Shown here one piece after another: positions 49,959-61,989 of a DNA stretch of 64,000 nucleotides (its first letter is position 1; every line of letters begins with the position of its first letter). The position numbers and the translations under genes are program-made. Location: positions 15,128,001 through 15,192,000 of the forward strand of contig NC_090340.1 in assembly GCF_035084215.1 (NCBI RefSeq), read 5' to 3'. Under the pieces are notes generated by a model. The model saw only the letters and a list, made by a program, of their open reading frames with translations, was not told the DNA's origin and did no database searches. The DNA comes from Heptranchias perlo. Lineage: Eukaryota.

Positions 49959-52900
49959 CTATTTGAATCTTCCTTCGGAGTAGGCAATCTCGGTTACTCT
50001 GTTTTTTTTGTCTGCAGCTGGGCATACTCTGCTTCTTTCGTCATTTTTGCATTTCCCCGTTTTCTCTGAGCCAGTCGCTGCTAGAGTCACGTACGTCAGC
50101 TTGTCACGAGCTGTCCTTTGTTTGATCTGTAAAGCCAATGTTTAGAAATATTGTTAATTGGTCGTTTTGCCAGTTTGTGGACTGCTGCTCAAAGCAGTCA
50201 TCAGAAGAACATGCAAACAGCCTTAGATACAACACAGGGCCAAAGTCAGCACCGACATATGCCCTACACTATCGCATGAATGCTAGTGTTACACTGGTGA
50301 TCTATGTTTCCCTGATGTGTTACTCAGCCCTACCTGAAAGTACATAATCCTCTCCTCTTCACGTTTACCTCCTGGAGTTTTCCTGTCTCTGCTCAAATCT
50401 AATGCAGTATGATGCAGGGTCTCGGCCTCTGCTCCCTGCATGGACCAGAAAGCAAATGTTTGGTTATGTGGTCTGTTCATTGCCTTCACCAGCTTACGTA
50501 CTGCTAATCAAACATTGAACAGAATTACCTGGGCTAGAGGTCCAGTGCACAAATCATAATTAATATATTGGCTTAAGTGCGAATATTAAGGCCGGCGAGT
50601 GCTGTGGTCAATATGACTAATATTTAAACCTGTCAATATTCTCTCTGCAAAACTGTGTTACAGAAATATTTGAGTAAGAATAAAGTTTTTTTTTTCAAAT
50701 ACAAAGACTAGATGAATCTATAAACAATTATTACCTCGGTACATTTTCAACGAAACTGGCAGTTTTCTTTTCCGCTATTTAACCATTTTTACCAGCAAAA
50801 CATCGGATGCCAAATACGTTTCTAACCACGATTTGAATGATTCACTAAGACCGGACAAATACTTTTAGTAAATTGACTTAAACTGTTCTGACATGATTAT
50901 GATAAAATCTCTCCATTATAGCAATCTTTCTTCACATTTGAACCCTCTAGAGAGGACGAATGAATGAACGTGTCAGCTCTTCACCACGGGTCGGTCCCAC
51001 TGCACGTCCCTGTTTACCTGGAAAATAATGAAATTAATGATATTGAAAGATTGAAATATTTACTCAGTTTCCATGTTAGTGATTTCAAAGACATTTCTCG
51101 AGTCCGTGCAAAACCGAACATGATTTTCAATTTCAGATTTTACTGACAGTGTTAGAATCCCTGGCCTTGCAGCGATCCGCAATGGTGTAAAACCATTCCT
51201 CTTCGGAGCCTCACACCGATTCACTCAATCTAGTTGCGCCTCCACAACGGGATGGGTTGATAAGTGATTGTGTGTCAGGCTACATTTAATTTATCACCCT
51301 GCAAAGTGGACATTTCTGTTGCAAATACCCAGCTAATTATTTCCGTTACTACGGAGATTCTATGAGGATTTCTGCGTCTTAAAGTGTATTTGGAACAATC
51401 TGCGCTCCCTGAAAACAGATAACACCGCCTTCAACTGGAAGTCTTAATGGAATTCTCCTTCCCATGTGTTACCCAGAGACTTTCACTAAACGTGGGGTTT
51501 CGGACTAAAATCAAGCTCTTACAGTAGATCTTACTTTCATTATTCTGCAGTCTGCACCGCCTCCCAATGAAGACCATGCGCACCAGAAACTCCAATCCAC
51601 CCACCGCACACCCAGGAGCCCAGAAGTAAAGGGACACATCAATGACACTAGCTGCAAGATTAATAGGAACATTAAGTTATGCCGGGCGTTTGCTAAAAAA
51701 AGGCGTGAAGATCGTTTATTGGTTAAACTATGGTTGTTGCTTTCAGTAACTCTGCAGTACAGAACGCCAATAATGAAGTTTAAATAAAAAATGTTAATTT
51801 TTTTTGGATATAATATTTGAAGTAACTTATTCATCGAATGGACGAGATATCCTGGATTAATCTGCGAAGCGGGCTACCGGTTTCGGGATCTCAAAACACT
51901 GTTTCAGGAAAGTAAGAATGTGAGAGTGATAAATTTCCCTGGACCGAATGGCGTGTTCTTATCCTTTACCTTTCTTATTTATTAACATATGATTTGAAGA
52001 AATCGGAGGGAATTTGGTGACACGCGTTTCTCCGTTCACCGCACGAAATTCTGGATTGCAGCAATCAGCTAAAAATCCCCATTCAATTATCCGCAATGTG
52101 ATTATTAAAGTAAGAATGTCACTGAGTAGTGAAGAAAATCAACGGACGATGTTTTATTGATTAATGTCTGGCGAGGCTAAGAGTTCTTAATAAAATGATG
52201 CATTGAACCGGCTGTACTGTAGCCAGGTTTCGGGCACAGCTTAATTGAGATTTGTGAGACAGGTCCCAATGGAACCCACAGTGGCATGGAGAGGTGTGGG
52301 TTACAAGTTGGACAGAGGGTTAATTTCGGAATTTTGCATTGGAAGTAGCAGAAAGGGGGATCAGGATCGAAACCTCATTGGGAGAAGCCCGAGATCAGAC
52401 AAATTGACTGCAGCTCCTTTTAACAGTCTTCATGCAGGGGTAGCCGGCAATGGTAAAGAATAAAACCATTTTGACGTGGAAACAAAAAAAGTGAAAAATT
52501 ATTAATAGTAAGCAGGAGAGGAAATATAATCGGATACAGAAGATTAACTCCTGTTTATATTTGTTATACGGCAAATAGAGGAATTTGAAGACAAATAGGG
52601 CGTAATTGAGAATATTTGTGTGGCGGACGATATAACACGGATTCACAACACATCGTGTTCAAATATGTTATATATTAAAACAAGAATTCTATGGTTTCGT
52701 TGATATTTCCCATGAACCGCCTTCATGATTATCAAAATGTACAAACTCTACGATGTAGCTCATTGCGAATTTGTAAGTAGCTGGACTGTTGGCCTCGTAC
52801 CTGGGTTAGATTTAATATAGGTAATAACAGCTGGAGTCTCAAGGGTGACATGAGATACCGATCAGGTATATTTGGCGCCACTCGAGACAGGCTGCGTCTC

Positions 52901-55151
52901 TTCCAAAGTGCTGGAAACTTCATACAGCCCCTCAATGATCTGCCGTTTAACGGTGTGTATTCCTATTGCAGTTTCGAAGCCATTTTTATACCAAGTGAGG
53001 GTGACATTCTTCGGATAAACTCAGCCGTTTCACACACAAGAGTCAGAGGCGCAGATGAATTCCATTCAGCTGTCAGAGAGACAATAGTCAGTGGAATTGG
53101 GGCAGTTGCGGAACAGAAAATGAGCAACATCGAGTTATTGGACACCAATGGAAGAAATTAAATATGATTCTGATTTACCTTCGGTCCATTTCATTTTAAC
53201 AACAATATTCCAAAGAAAAGCCTCCTGTCGCTTTAATGTTAGGCACAGCATCTACACACACTTCATCTGTATCTCTCATCGTCGCCGGCATCTGTTCAAT
53301 TTTACCTTCGCTCTCGAGTTCAAGACATTGAGATATTCAACAGACACGTCGCAACGATTGTTTTTTAATGTCTGCGTTTCATAATCCAAATAATTAAATA
53401 AATAAACCCTGAGGGAAAGATGTCATGCCCAGTCCCTCCATGTTTGGTACTCACAGATAGACAGTGACGACTAAGCTGCACAATGTCGATGATAAAACGA
53501 GGGGATTAGTAGGTATCGGACAGATCTCACAGCCGAGGCATGAAATTGGTGAAAGAAACTTTATTCGGTCGAAACTTAGGCGGTTTCAGCAACACAGTTC
53601 CTGCGTATTGTATTTATTGGACGTTAGTGAGGTGACAACGTTGAGAATTGCGAGTTCCAGTTTTTTGAGTGAATCCGATGATCAACAGTTAGTCGCACGC
53701 TGGCTTTCAAATCCGTGACGCCAACGAGCCAATAATTATATGAGAATTAATTTCGGGAATGTTAAACCCCAGAGACAGCAGTGGGGGCAGAGAGAGCTTC
53801 CAATTATATTCTCTGGAATTTAGAAGAATGTGAGGTGATCTCATTGAAACATATAAGATTTTAGGATGGCTTGACAGGGTAGATGCTGAGAAGATGTTTC
53901 TCCTGGATGGAGAGTCTAGAACTAGGGGACATAGTCTCAGGTTAAGGGATTGGACATTTAGGACTGAGATGAGGAGGAATTTCTTCACTCAGAGGGTAGT
54001 GAATATTTGGAATTCTCTATCCCAGAGTGCTGTGGATGCTCAGTCGTTGAGTATATTCAAGGCTGAGTTAGATAGATTTTTAGATTCTGAGGGGATCAAG
54101 GGTTATGGGATCTGGCGGGAAAGTGGAGTTGAGGTCGATGATCATCCATGATCTTATTGAATGGCGGAGCAGGCTCGAGGGGCCGTATGCCGTTCTCCTG
54201 CTCATATTTCGTATCTTCTTATGTTCTTTTGTTCAAAATAGGCTCAGGGGCGTGTATATGGTGGTTAAGGCTCATTAATATAAACAATGTTCAGTCAGTT
54301 ATATGCTTGAAATTAGTTCCGATTTTCCGCTATCAGACATCTGGTGCATAGATTGTCTTTGGAGCGATAGTCAATTTTTTAATATTGATACTATTTTCAG
54401 CATTCTGCGTATGAAGGGTTATATTGTATCTCTAATTAGCATTTCTATACAGAGGACACGAACATTCAACTTAACTTTCTCGCAAAATGTAATAATATAA
54501 ATCATTATACTGTCAAAATTTGTGCATTAAACAATTTTAAAACATCTCAGTTTGTTGCGTTGGATATGTTTGCCACAGTCCCGTACTCCGGTTTTTCACA
54601 CTCACTATGCACAATTAGATGTGATCCGGTTCCATTTCCTCCAAAGCATCAGTGACACATCACTGCGCAGTGATAGATTCCCGAGTCTTGGAAAGTCGCG
54701 CTCAGCAACTGAAAGAAACCGCTCGCTTTACTTTTCAGACCGAATCGTTTTCTGTCATCGGCACTTGTGCGCAGGTATTCATTCTCACCCTGTTTCCACC
54801 AATACACTCTTACCCAGGGATGGTCTTGAGAGATGGGGAATATGCAGTAGAAGGTGATGTTTCCCCCTTTGGATACATCCGCTTGTTCGGGCGCTTGAGT
54901 CACTCTGAACGAAGTGTGATCCACAGCTGTCAAAAAACATAGTCAAGTAAGGATTAATTTTATTAGATGGGACATGGAGATGGAAGAGAGAAAGAAGAAT
55001 CGATATAGAGGAATTACGGTTCACTAAATTAATATGGAAACTATTTCGGAAGCATTTTATAAATTAAAGTAGCTGCTATATTGAATAAAGAGGTACCTGT
55101 GCAAATAATCCACCGAAGATTCAGGCAAAGAAATGACAAATTCGTCCACAT
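49959..55151 (-). pseudogene. Receptor pseudogene C: leader-VJ-C1-TM-3 cytoplasmic exons (inhibitory-type architecture)
   Basis: Exons: 55097-55151 (MWTNLSFLCLNLRWIICT); 54606-54926 (V, TGA at 54649-54651); 52801-53105 (C1, acceptor AG>AA, 1-nt deletion in FYP, Cys>TGA at 52862-52864); 51535-51651 (TM); 50974-51017 (donor GT>AC); 50334-50435; 49959-50126 (LTYVTL). Confidence 0.92.
53800..54225 (+). mobile_element. CR1 3' fragment in the V-C1 intron of pseudogene C
   Basis: GESRTRGHSLRL...RRNFFTQRVVNIWNSL. Confidence 0.85.
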
Positions 55152-56559
55152 TCTGAGCAATAGATTAAACAGTAACTGCGAGTTTGCAACTGTTAAGAAT
55201 GGTTTGCGGTTTGTATCCTATGAAATACGTCGCAATGACGTTTGACATCTGTAACTGCGGCTTTAGCAATTCGGCTTCGTTTGTTAAGTGGGATTTGATA
55301 ACTTCTGTACTTATTCGACTGCTGGAATCACATCTGTCACAGACAGCAAAGAGTAAGAGAAAATATTTGATTTTCAAATGCAGAATTTACTAAAACAGGC
55401 AGAGTCAGTGCTGTTTCCTGATGATTTAAGATGAACAAATGGAGGAGCGAGTGCGATATTCTCGGGGTGAATTTCGCAAGACGTTGATGCGTACACTGAC
55501 CATCCTCTGCCAACTACTTTAACGTGACCTAATGCCAAATCGATACAAAGTAGGTACTATCATAGGTCGTTCATCATCAGCCTTTGAATAATAAGCAGCA
55601 ATATTTTCTGAGAAACGTTGGTGAGAAAATGACTGATTAATGCGACAGTTACCTGTGTATAGATTGTTTACTATAAGTTCACACTTCCGTGCACATCCCA
55701 GGTGATATTAGACCGATGCTGTGCTTTGTAATGTGTTATACCCCGGGAGACTTGACACAAATCCGAACTGAGCAATGTGAAAGCTGAAAGATCAGTGATC
55801 ACGTGATCGTGTGCCTTGTCATGCGATTGGGTGTTGATGCTGGTGCATGAGACCGTTCATTGTGACGTACTGAGCTGCAATAACGTCGTTCTGTGGGCAG
55901 CATGTTGACGTTGCCAACCGCGAGCCTCTTTATGATCTATTGTTCATTTTTATATTTTTATAACTTTCCGACGTTCAAAAAGCACAAATGTACATTGCAC
56001 AGCTGCAGATGTGTCCTTCAAGTCTAGATATATGGGCAACTTTACTTTCCTGTTATCAGCTCGCGGGTTCCGTCCAAAGCAAATACAATTCATTAAAGGC
56101 AGCCACGTTAAATTAGTGCAAATTGGCTTTATAGTAGTTTTGTTACTTAGCTGAATACAAGTTGGTCGCCTAATAAGTTGCAAGTAAAACCGAAGAATGT
56201 GTTAACAACTGTGAATGGTAATATTCTTCCCACTCGAAGTTCTTTGGTGTATTGCAGGCATTATCACCGTTTGAAGCGTATCCTCTTCAGAGAAGATATA
56301 GCGCAGAATTTTTGTAAAAATCTATGCATTTAAAAGTCTCGCATATTGCCCGTGTCCATGCGGACCTCACTTGAACAATGTAAGTAAAACTTCGCAATAG
56401 GCAGCACTCCACAAATTAACACGTCATGCTTCTCTGATTGTTTCAGATAACCAATCTCCATTAAGTTTACCGGATTGATTTTCTTAGATATGGAGAGTAG
56501 CGAATGCAATAATAGGAAACATACACGCGCCCTCACCACAAAACCCGGCAACAACAAAA

Positions 56560-56745
56560 ACAACAATTTGTACTTACATTGTGCCAATAACGTGGAAAAA
56601 AACCCAAGACGGTTCACAGAGCAGTGAGAAAAATAGGAGTTAGAGCCAATAAAGGTGATATGAGGACCGAATTGTTCCTGATTGAGGGAGGTTCTAAAGA
56701 GGTTTGTAAAGGAGAAGGGGCAGTTGGAGAGATGGAGAGACCTGT
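56560..56745 (-). mobile_element. L2-type 3' tail fragment
   Basis: aacaacaatttgtacttacattgtgcc..taacgtggaaaaaaacccaagacggttcacag. Confidence 0.45.
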
Positions 56746-58000
56746 TCAGGCAGAAGTCGCGAGTGGCTGATACTCCTCCTGAGGTCTCCACCGTCACAGA
56801 TGCCAGTCATCAGCCAAACCGATTCACTCCATGTGATATCAAGAAACGGCTGAGTGCACTGGATCGGGCAACTTCCCCGCTGCAGTTCTGAAGACCTGCT
56901 GCAGAATTAGCCACACGCCTAGCCAAGTGTTCAAATACAGCTGCAACGCTGGCACCTACCCGACAAAATGGAAAATTGCTCAGATATGTCCTGGCCACTA
57001 AAAGCAGGACAAATCCAATCGGGCCAATTACCACCCCATCAGCCTATTCTCAATCATCAGCAAAGTGATGCAAGGTGTCATCGATAGAGCTATCAAGTGG
57101 CACTTACTCACCAATAACCTGCTCACTGAAGCTCAGGATCAAGCAACTCAAAAACCCATTCCAGCCTTTGTCCAAACATGCACACAAGAGCTGAATTCAA
57201 GGGGGGATGTGAGAATGACTGCCCTAAACATCAAGGCAGCATTCGACCGAATATGGCATCATGGAGCTTTAGTTAAAGTGATATCAATGGGGATCAGGGG
57301 GGAAAACTCTCCAGTGGCTGGGGTCAAACCTAGCGCGCAGAAAGATGGTTGTGGGTGTTGGAGATCAATCACCTAAACCCAGAATAGCGCTGCAGGAATT
57401 CTTCTGGGCAGTGTCCAAGACCCAATTATCTTCAGCTGCATCATTAATTACCTTCCTTCCATCATAAGATCAGAAGTGGGGCTGTTCGTTGAAGATTGCA
57501 CAATGTTCAGTTCCATTCACTATTCTTCAGATAATATAGACTGCGCCCACATGCAACAAGACCTGGACAACATCCAGATTTGGGCTGATCAGTGGCAAGT
57601 ATCATTCGCACCACACAAGTGCCAGGCAATGACCATCTCCAACAAGACAGTCTAAACATTTCACCTTGCCATTCAGTGGCATTACCATCGGCGAATACCC
57701 CACCATCAACCTCCTGGGGGTCACCATTATAGCCACATAAATACTGCGGCTACAAGAGCAGGTCAGAGGCTGGGTATTCTGCGGCGACTGACTCACCACT
57801 TGACTCCTCAAAGCCTTTCCACCATCTACAAGGTACAAGTCAGGAGTGTGATGGAATAGTCTCCACTTGTCTGGATGTGTGCAGCTCCAACGACACTCAA
57901 GAAAATCGACGCCATCAAGACCAAAGCAGTACATTGATTGGCACCCCATCCACCACCTCAACCATGAATTCCCTCGACCACTGATACACCGTGGCAGCAG
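56745..58000 (+). mobile_element. Second LINE family copy, 3' end cut off by a CR1
   Basis: FTPCDIKKRLSALD, WKIAQICP and NIKAAFDRIWHHG. Confidence 0.85.
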
Positions 58001-60170
58001 TAAGAAATAAGAAATAGAAGCAGGAGCAGGCCATACAGCACCCGAGCCTGCTCCTCCATTCATTAAGATCATGGCTGATCTTTGACCTCAACCCACTTTC
58101 CCGCCCGATCTCCATATCCTTGATTCCCTTAGAGTCCAACAATCTATCGAACTCAGTATTGAATATATTCAACTACTAAACATCCACAGCCGTCTGCGGT
58201 AAATAATTCCAAATGTTCACAACCCTCTGGGTAAACAAATGTCTCCTTATCTCAATCCAAAATCACCGAGCCCTTAAACTGAGACGATGCCCCCTGGTTC
58301 TCGACTCTCCAGCCAGTGAAAACAGCCTCTCACCATTTACCCCGTCAAGCCCTCTCAGAATCTTATATGTTTCAATGAGATCATCTCTCATTCTTCTAAA
58401 CTCCAGAGAGTATAGGCCCATTCTACTCAATCTCTCCTCATAGGACAAACCTCTCATCCCAGGAATCAATCTAGTGAACCTTCGTTGCACTGCCTGTAAG
58501 ACAAGTATATCATTCCTTAGGTAAGGAGAACATGACTGTACACGGTACTCTAGCGGTGGTCTCACCAAAGACCTGTACAATTGCAGCAAGACTTCCTTAC
58601 TCTTGTACTCCAAACCCCTTGCAATAAAAACCAACGTACCATTTGCTTTCCTAATTGCTTGTGCACCTGCATGTTAACGTTCTGTGTTTCGTGTACAAGG
58701 ACACCAAAATCACTCTGAATATCAACGTTTATTAGTTTCTCACTATTTAAAAAATATTCTGTTTTTCTATTCTTCCTACCAAAGTGAACAACTTCACATT
58801 TCTCCACATTATACTCCATCGGACACTTTTTTGCCCATTCAGTTCACCTGTCTATATCCCTTTGCAGACTCTTTGTGTCCTCCTCACAGCTTACTCTCCC
58901 ACCTAGTTTTGTATCGTCAAAAAACTTGGATACATTACACTCAGTCCCTTCATTAATATAGATTATAAATAGCTGAGGCCCAAGCACTGAGCCTTGTGGC
59001 ACCCCACTTGATACAGCCTGCCAACCTGAAAAGGACCCGTTTATTCATACTCTCTGTTATCCATCCATTAACCAAGCCTCTAGCAGTCCTAATATATTAA
59101 CCTCAACCCCATGAGCCCTTATGTTGTGTAACAACCTTTTGTATGGCACCTCATGGAATGCCTTTTGAAAATCCAAATATACAACATCCACTGGTTCCCC
59201 CTTATCTACCCTTCTAGGTACACCCTCAAAATACTCTAATGGATTTGTCAAGCACGATTCCCTTTCATAAAACCATGTTGACTCTGGCTAATCATATTAT
59301 GATGTTCTAAGTGCCCTGTTACCACATGCTTAATAATAGATTCCAGCATTTTCCAGACTACTGATCTCATTCTAACCGGCCTGTAGTTCCCTGTTTTCTC
59401 TCTCCCTACTTTCTTGAATAGCTGTGTTACATTTGCTACCTTCCATTCCACAGGCACCGTTCTAGAATCTAGGGAATGTTGGAAGAGCAAAACCAATGCA
59501 TCCACTATCTCTGCAGTCTCCTTTTGTAGAATTCTCTGATCAGGCCATCAGGTCCAATGGATTTGTTGGCTTTTTAGCCCCAATAATTTCTCCAGTACTT
59601 TTTCTTTACTAATTTAATTACTTTAATTTCCTCACTCTTATTAGACCCTTGGTTCCCTGCTATTCCTGGTATTTTTTTCCTGTATTTTATTGTGAAGACA
59701 GATACAAAATATTTGTTAATCGTTTCTGCCATTTCCTTATTCCTGATTATAATTTCTCTTGTCTCAGCATCTAAGGCTCCCATGTTTACTTTTGCTAATC
59801 TCTTCCTTTTTCCGTACTTGTAGAAGCTCTTACAATCTGTTTTTATATTTCTCGCTAGTTTACTCAAATTCCATTTTCTCACTGTTTATCATTTTTTTAG
59901 TCATCCTTTTTCTGCTTTCTAAAACTCTCCCAATCCTCAGGCTTACTATTCTTCTTGGCAACATTATAAGCCTCTTCTTTTAATCTAATACTATTCCTAA
60001 CTTCTTTAGTTAGCCACGGATGAATCACTTTTCCCATGGAGTTTTTATTCCTCAATGGAATGTATATTTGTTGAGAATTATGAAATATTTCTTTAAATGT
60101 TCACCATTGCGTGTCTACCATCAGAGCTTTTAATCTAATTTCCCAATCAACATTCGCCAACTCGTCCCTC
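58001..60170 (-). mobile_element. CR1 LINE ORF2 fragment
   Basis: VDVVYLDFQKAF and LVRPPLEYRVQ. Tail taagaaataagaaatag. Confidence 0.88.
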
Positions 60171-61855
60171 ATACCTTCTCTAATCTCTCCACATAACTGA
60201 AGTCCCTCATCTCTGGTATCATCCTGTTAATCTTCCTCTGTAACCTCTTCAGGGCCTCGACATCTTTCCTAAAGTGTGGTGCCCAAAATTGTATACAATA
60301 CTCCAGCTGAGGCCTCACCAGTGATTTGTAAATGTATTGCATGATTTCTACGTTTTTATATTCAATGCCCCTATTTACAAAGCCAATATCCCACACGCTT
60401 TCTGAACCACCTTATCAACTTTCCCTGCCACCTTCAAAGATTTGTGAATATGCACCCCAGCTCCTGCACCCCCACAAAATGGTACCATTTAGGTTTTAGT
60501 GCGTCTTCATGTTGTTCCTCCCAAAGTGCATCACTTCACACTTATCCGCATTAAATTGCATCCGCTATGTGTCTGCCCATTTTGCCAATCTGTCCATGTC
60601 CTCCTGAAGTCTGCTACTATCCTGTTCACTACTTACCATGCTGCCAAGTTTTGTATCATTCGCAAACTTCGAATTTGTACTCCCTTCACACAATCCCAGG
60701 TCATTTATATGTAACATGAAAAGCAATGGTCCTAATACCGATCCCTGTGGATCCCTCGCCATCCTTCTTTCCAGTCAGAAAAGCATCCGTTCTCCACTAC
60801 TCTCTGCCTCCTCTCTATTAGCCTATTCCATACCAAAGTTACAACCGTCCCTTTAATCCTAACTGCTTCTATTTGCTGCATGCGTCTGTTGCGTGATACT
60901 TTATCAAATGCCTTTTAAAAGTCCATATATACAACAGCCACTGCACTACCTTCATCAACCCTCTCTGATACTTCATCAAAGAACTCAGTCAAGTTAGTCA
61001 AAACGACTTTCCTTTAAAAAATCCGTGCTGGCTGTCCCTTATTAAGCCATGCATCTCCGAGTGAGAATTAATGTTGTCCCTGACAATGGTCTCTCAATGT
61101 TTGCCTACTTCTGACGTTAAATTGATTGGCCTGTAGTTGCAAGATTTACCCCTCTCCCCTTTTTTGAATAGGGGTGTAACATTTGCAATTCTCCAGTCTT
61201 CTGGCACCACTCCCATATCCAAGGAGGATTGAAAGATTGTGGTCAGACGTTCTGCCATTTCCACACTTGCTTCCCTCAGCAAGCTAGGATGCATCCCATC
61301 TGGACTGGGTGACTTGTTAACTTTGAGTGATGCCAAACTATTTAGCAACTCCTTTCTCTCTATTTTCATCCTGTCCAGTAACTCGACTCGCTCCTCCTCT
61401 ACTGCAATATTAACTTCATCCTCTTATTTAATGAAGGCAGATTCAAAGTACTCATTAAGTACCTCAGTCATGCCCTCTGCCTCCCCAAGAAGTTTTCCTT
61501 CTTTGCCCCGAATCGGCCCCAACATTCCTTTAACTATTCTTTTTTCTTTTTATATGTTTACAAAAGATTTTTGGGTTTTGTTTTAGGTTAACAGCAAATC
61601 ATTTCTCATACTTTCTCTTTGCCCTACTTATATCCATTTTCAATTTCACCCTGCACTCTGTATTCTGCCTGGTTTTCTACTGTATTCTGTACCAGACATT
61701 TGTCATAGGCCTCCTTTTACAATTTTATTTTAATCTCTATTCCCTTTTTCATGCAGGGAGCTCTAGCTTTGGATGTCCTATCTGTCCACCTTATGGGAAT
61801 ATGTTTGATCTGTACCCGAAGTATCTCTGCCTTAAAAGCCTGCCATTGTTCATCA
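60171..61855 (-). mobile_element. CR1 LINE ORF2 fragment (different subfamily, 3' end deleted)
   Basis: [21 protein letters not shown] and LVRPQLEYCIQFWAP. Confidence 0.88.
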
Positions 61856-61989
61856 TTCTAAAATCATTTTTAAAAATTATATTAGGAAATTAACAAAGGT
61901 CAATACCATAACCAATTTTGCTCCGCTCGGTTTTCATTGAGCAAATATGTGAAATGAACTGGGTGAGGGATCTGGTAGCAAAGACAAAA

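Noticed and set aside
54659-54674. 16-bp palindrome ATCACTGCGCAGTGAT at the end of the V region, resembling an RSS signal joint
   Set aside because: The heptamers do not match CACAGTG, no nonamers were seen, and the sequence is ordinary YHCAV coding sequence.
50950-54926. Gene C as a functional single-V activating receptor (dead C1 skipped, Arg/Glu in the TM, tail ending RSFIRPL* after donor loss)
   Set aside because: The V exon itself has an in-frame TGA at 54649-54651, so no membrane form can be made. The charged TM residues are more simply explained as decay.
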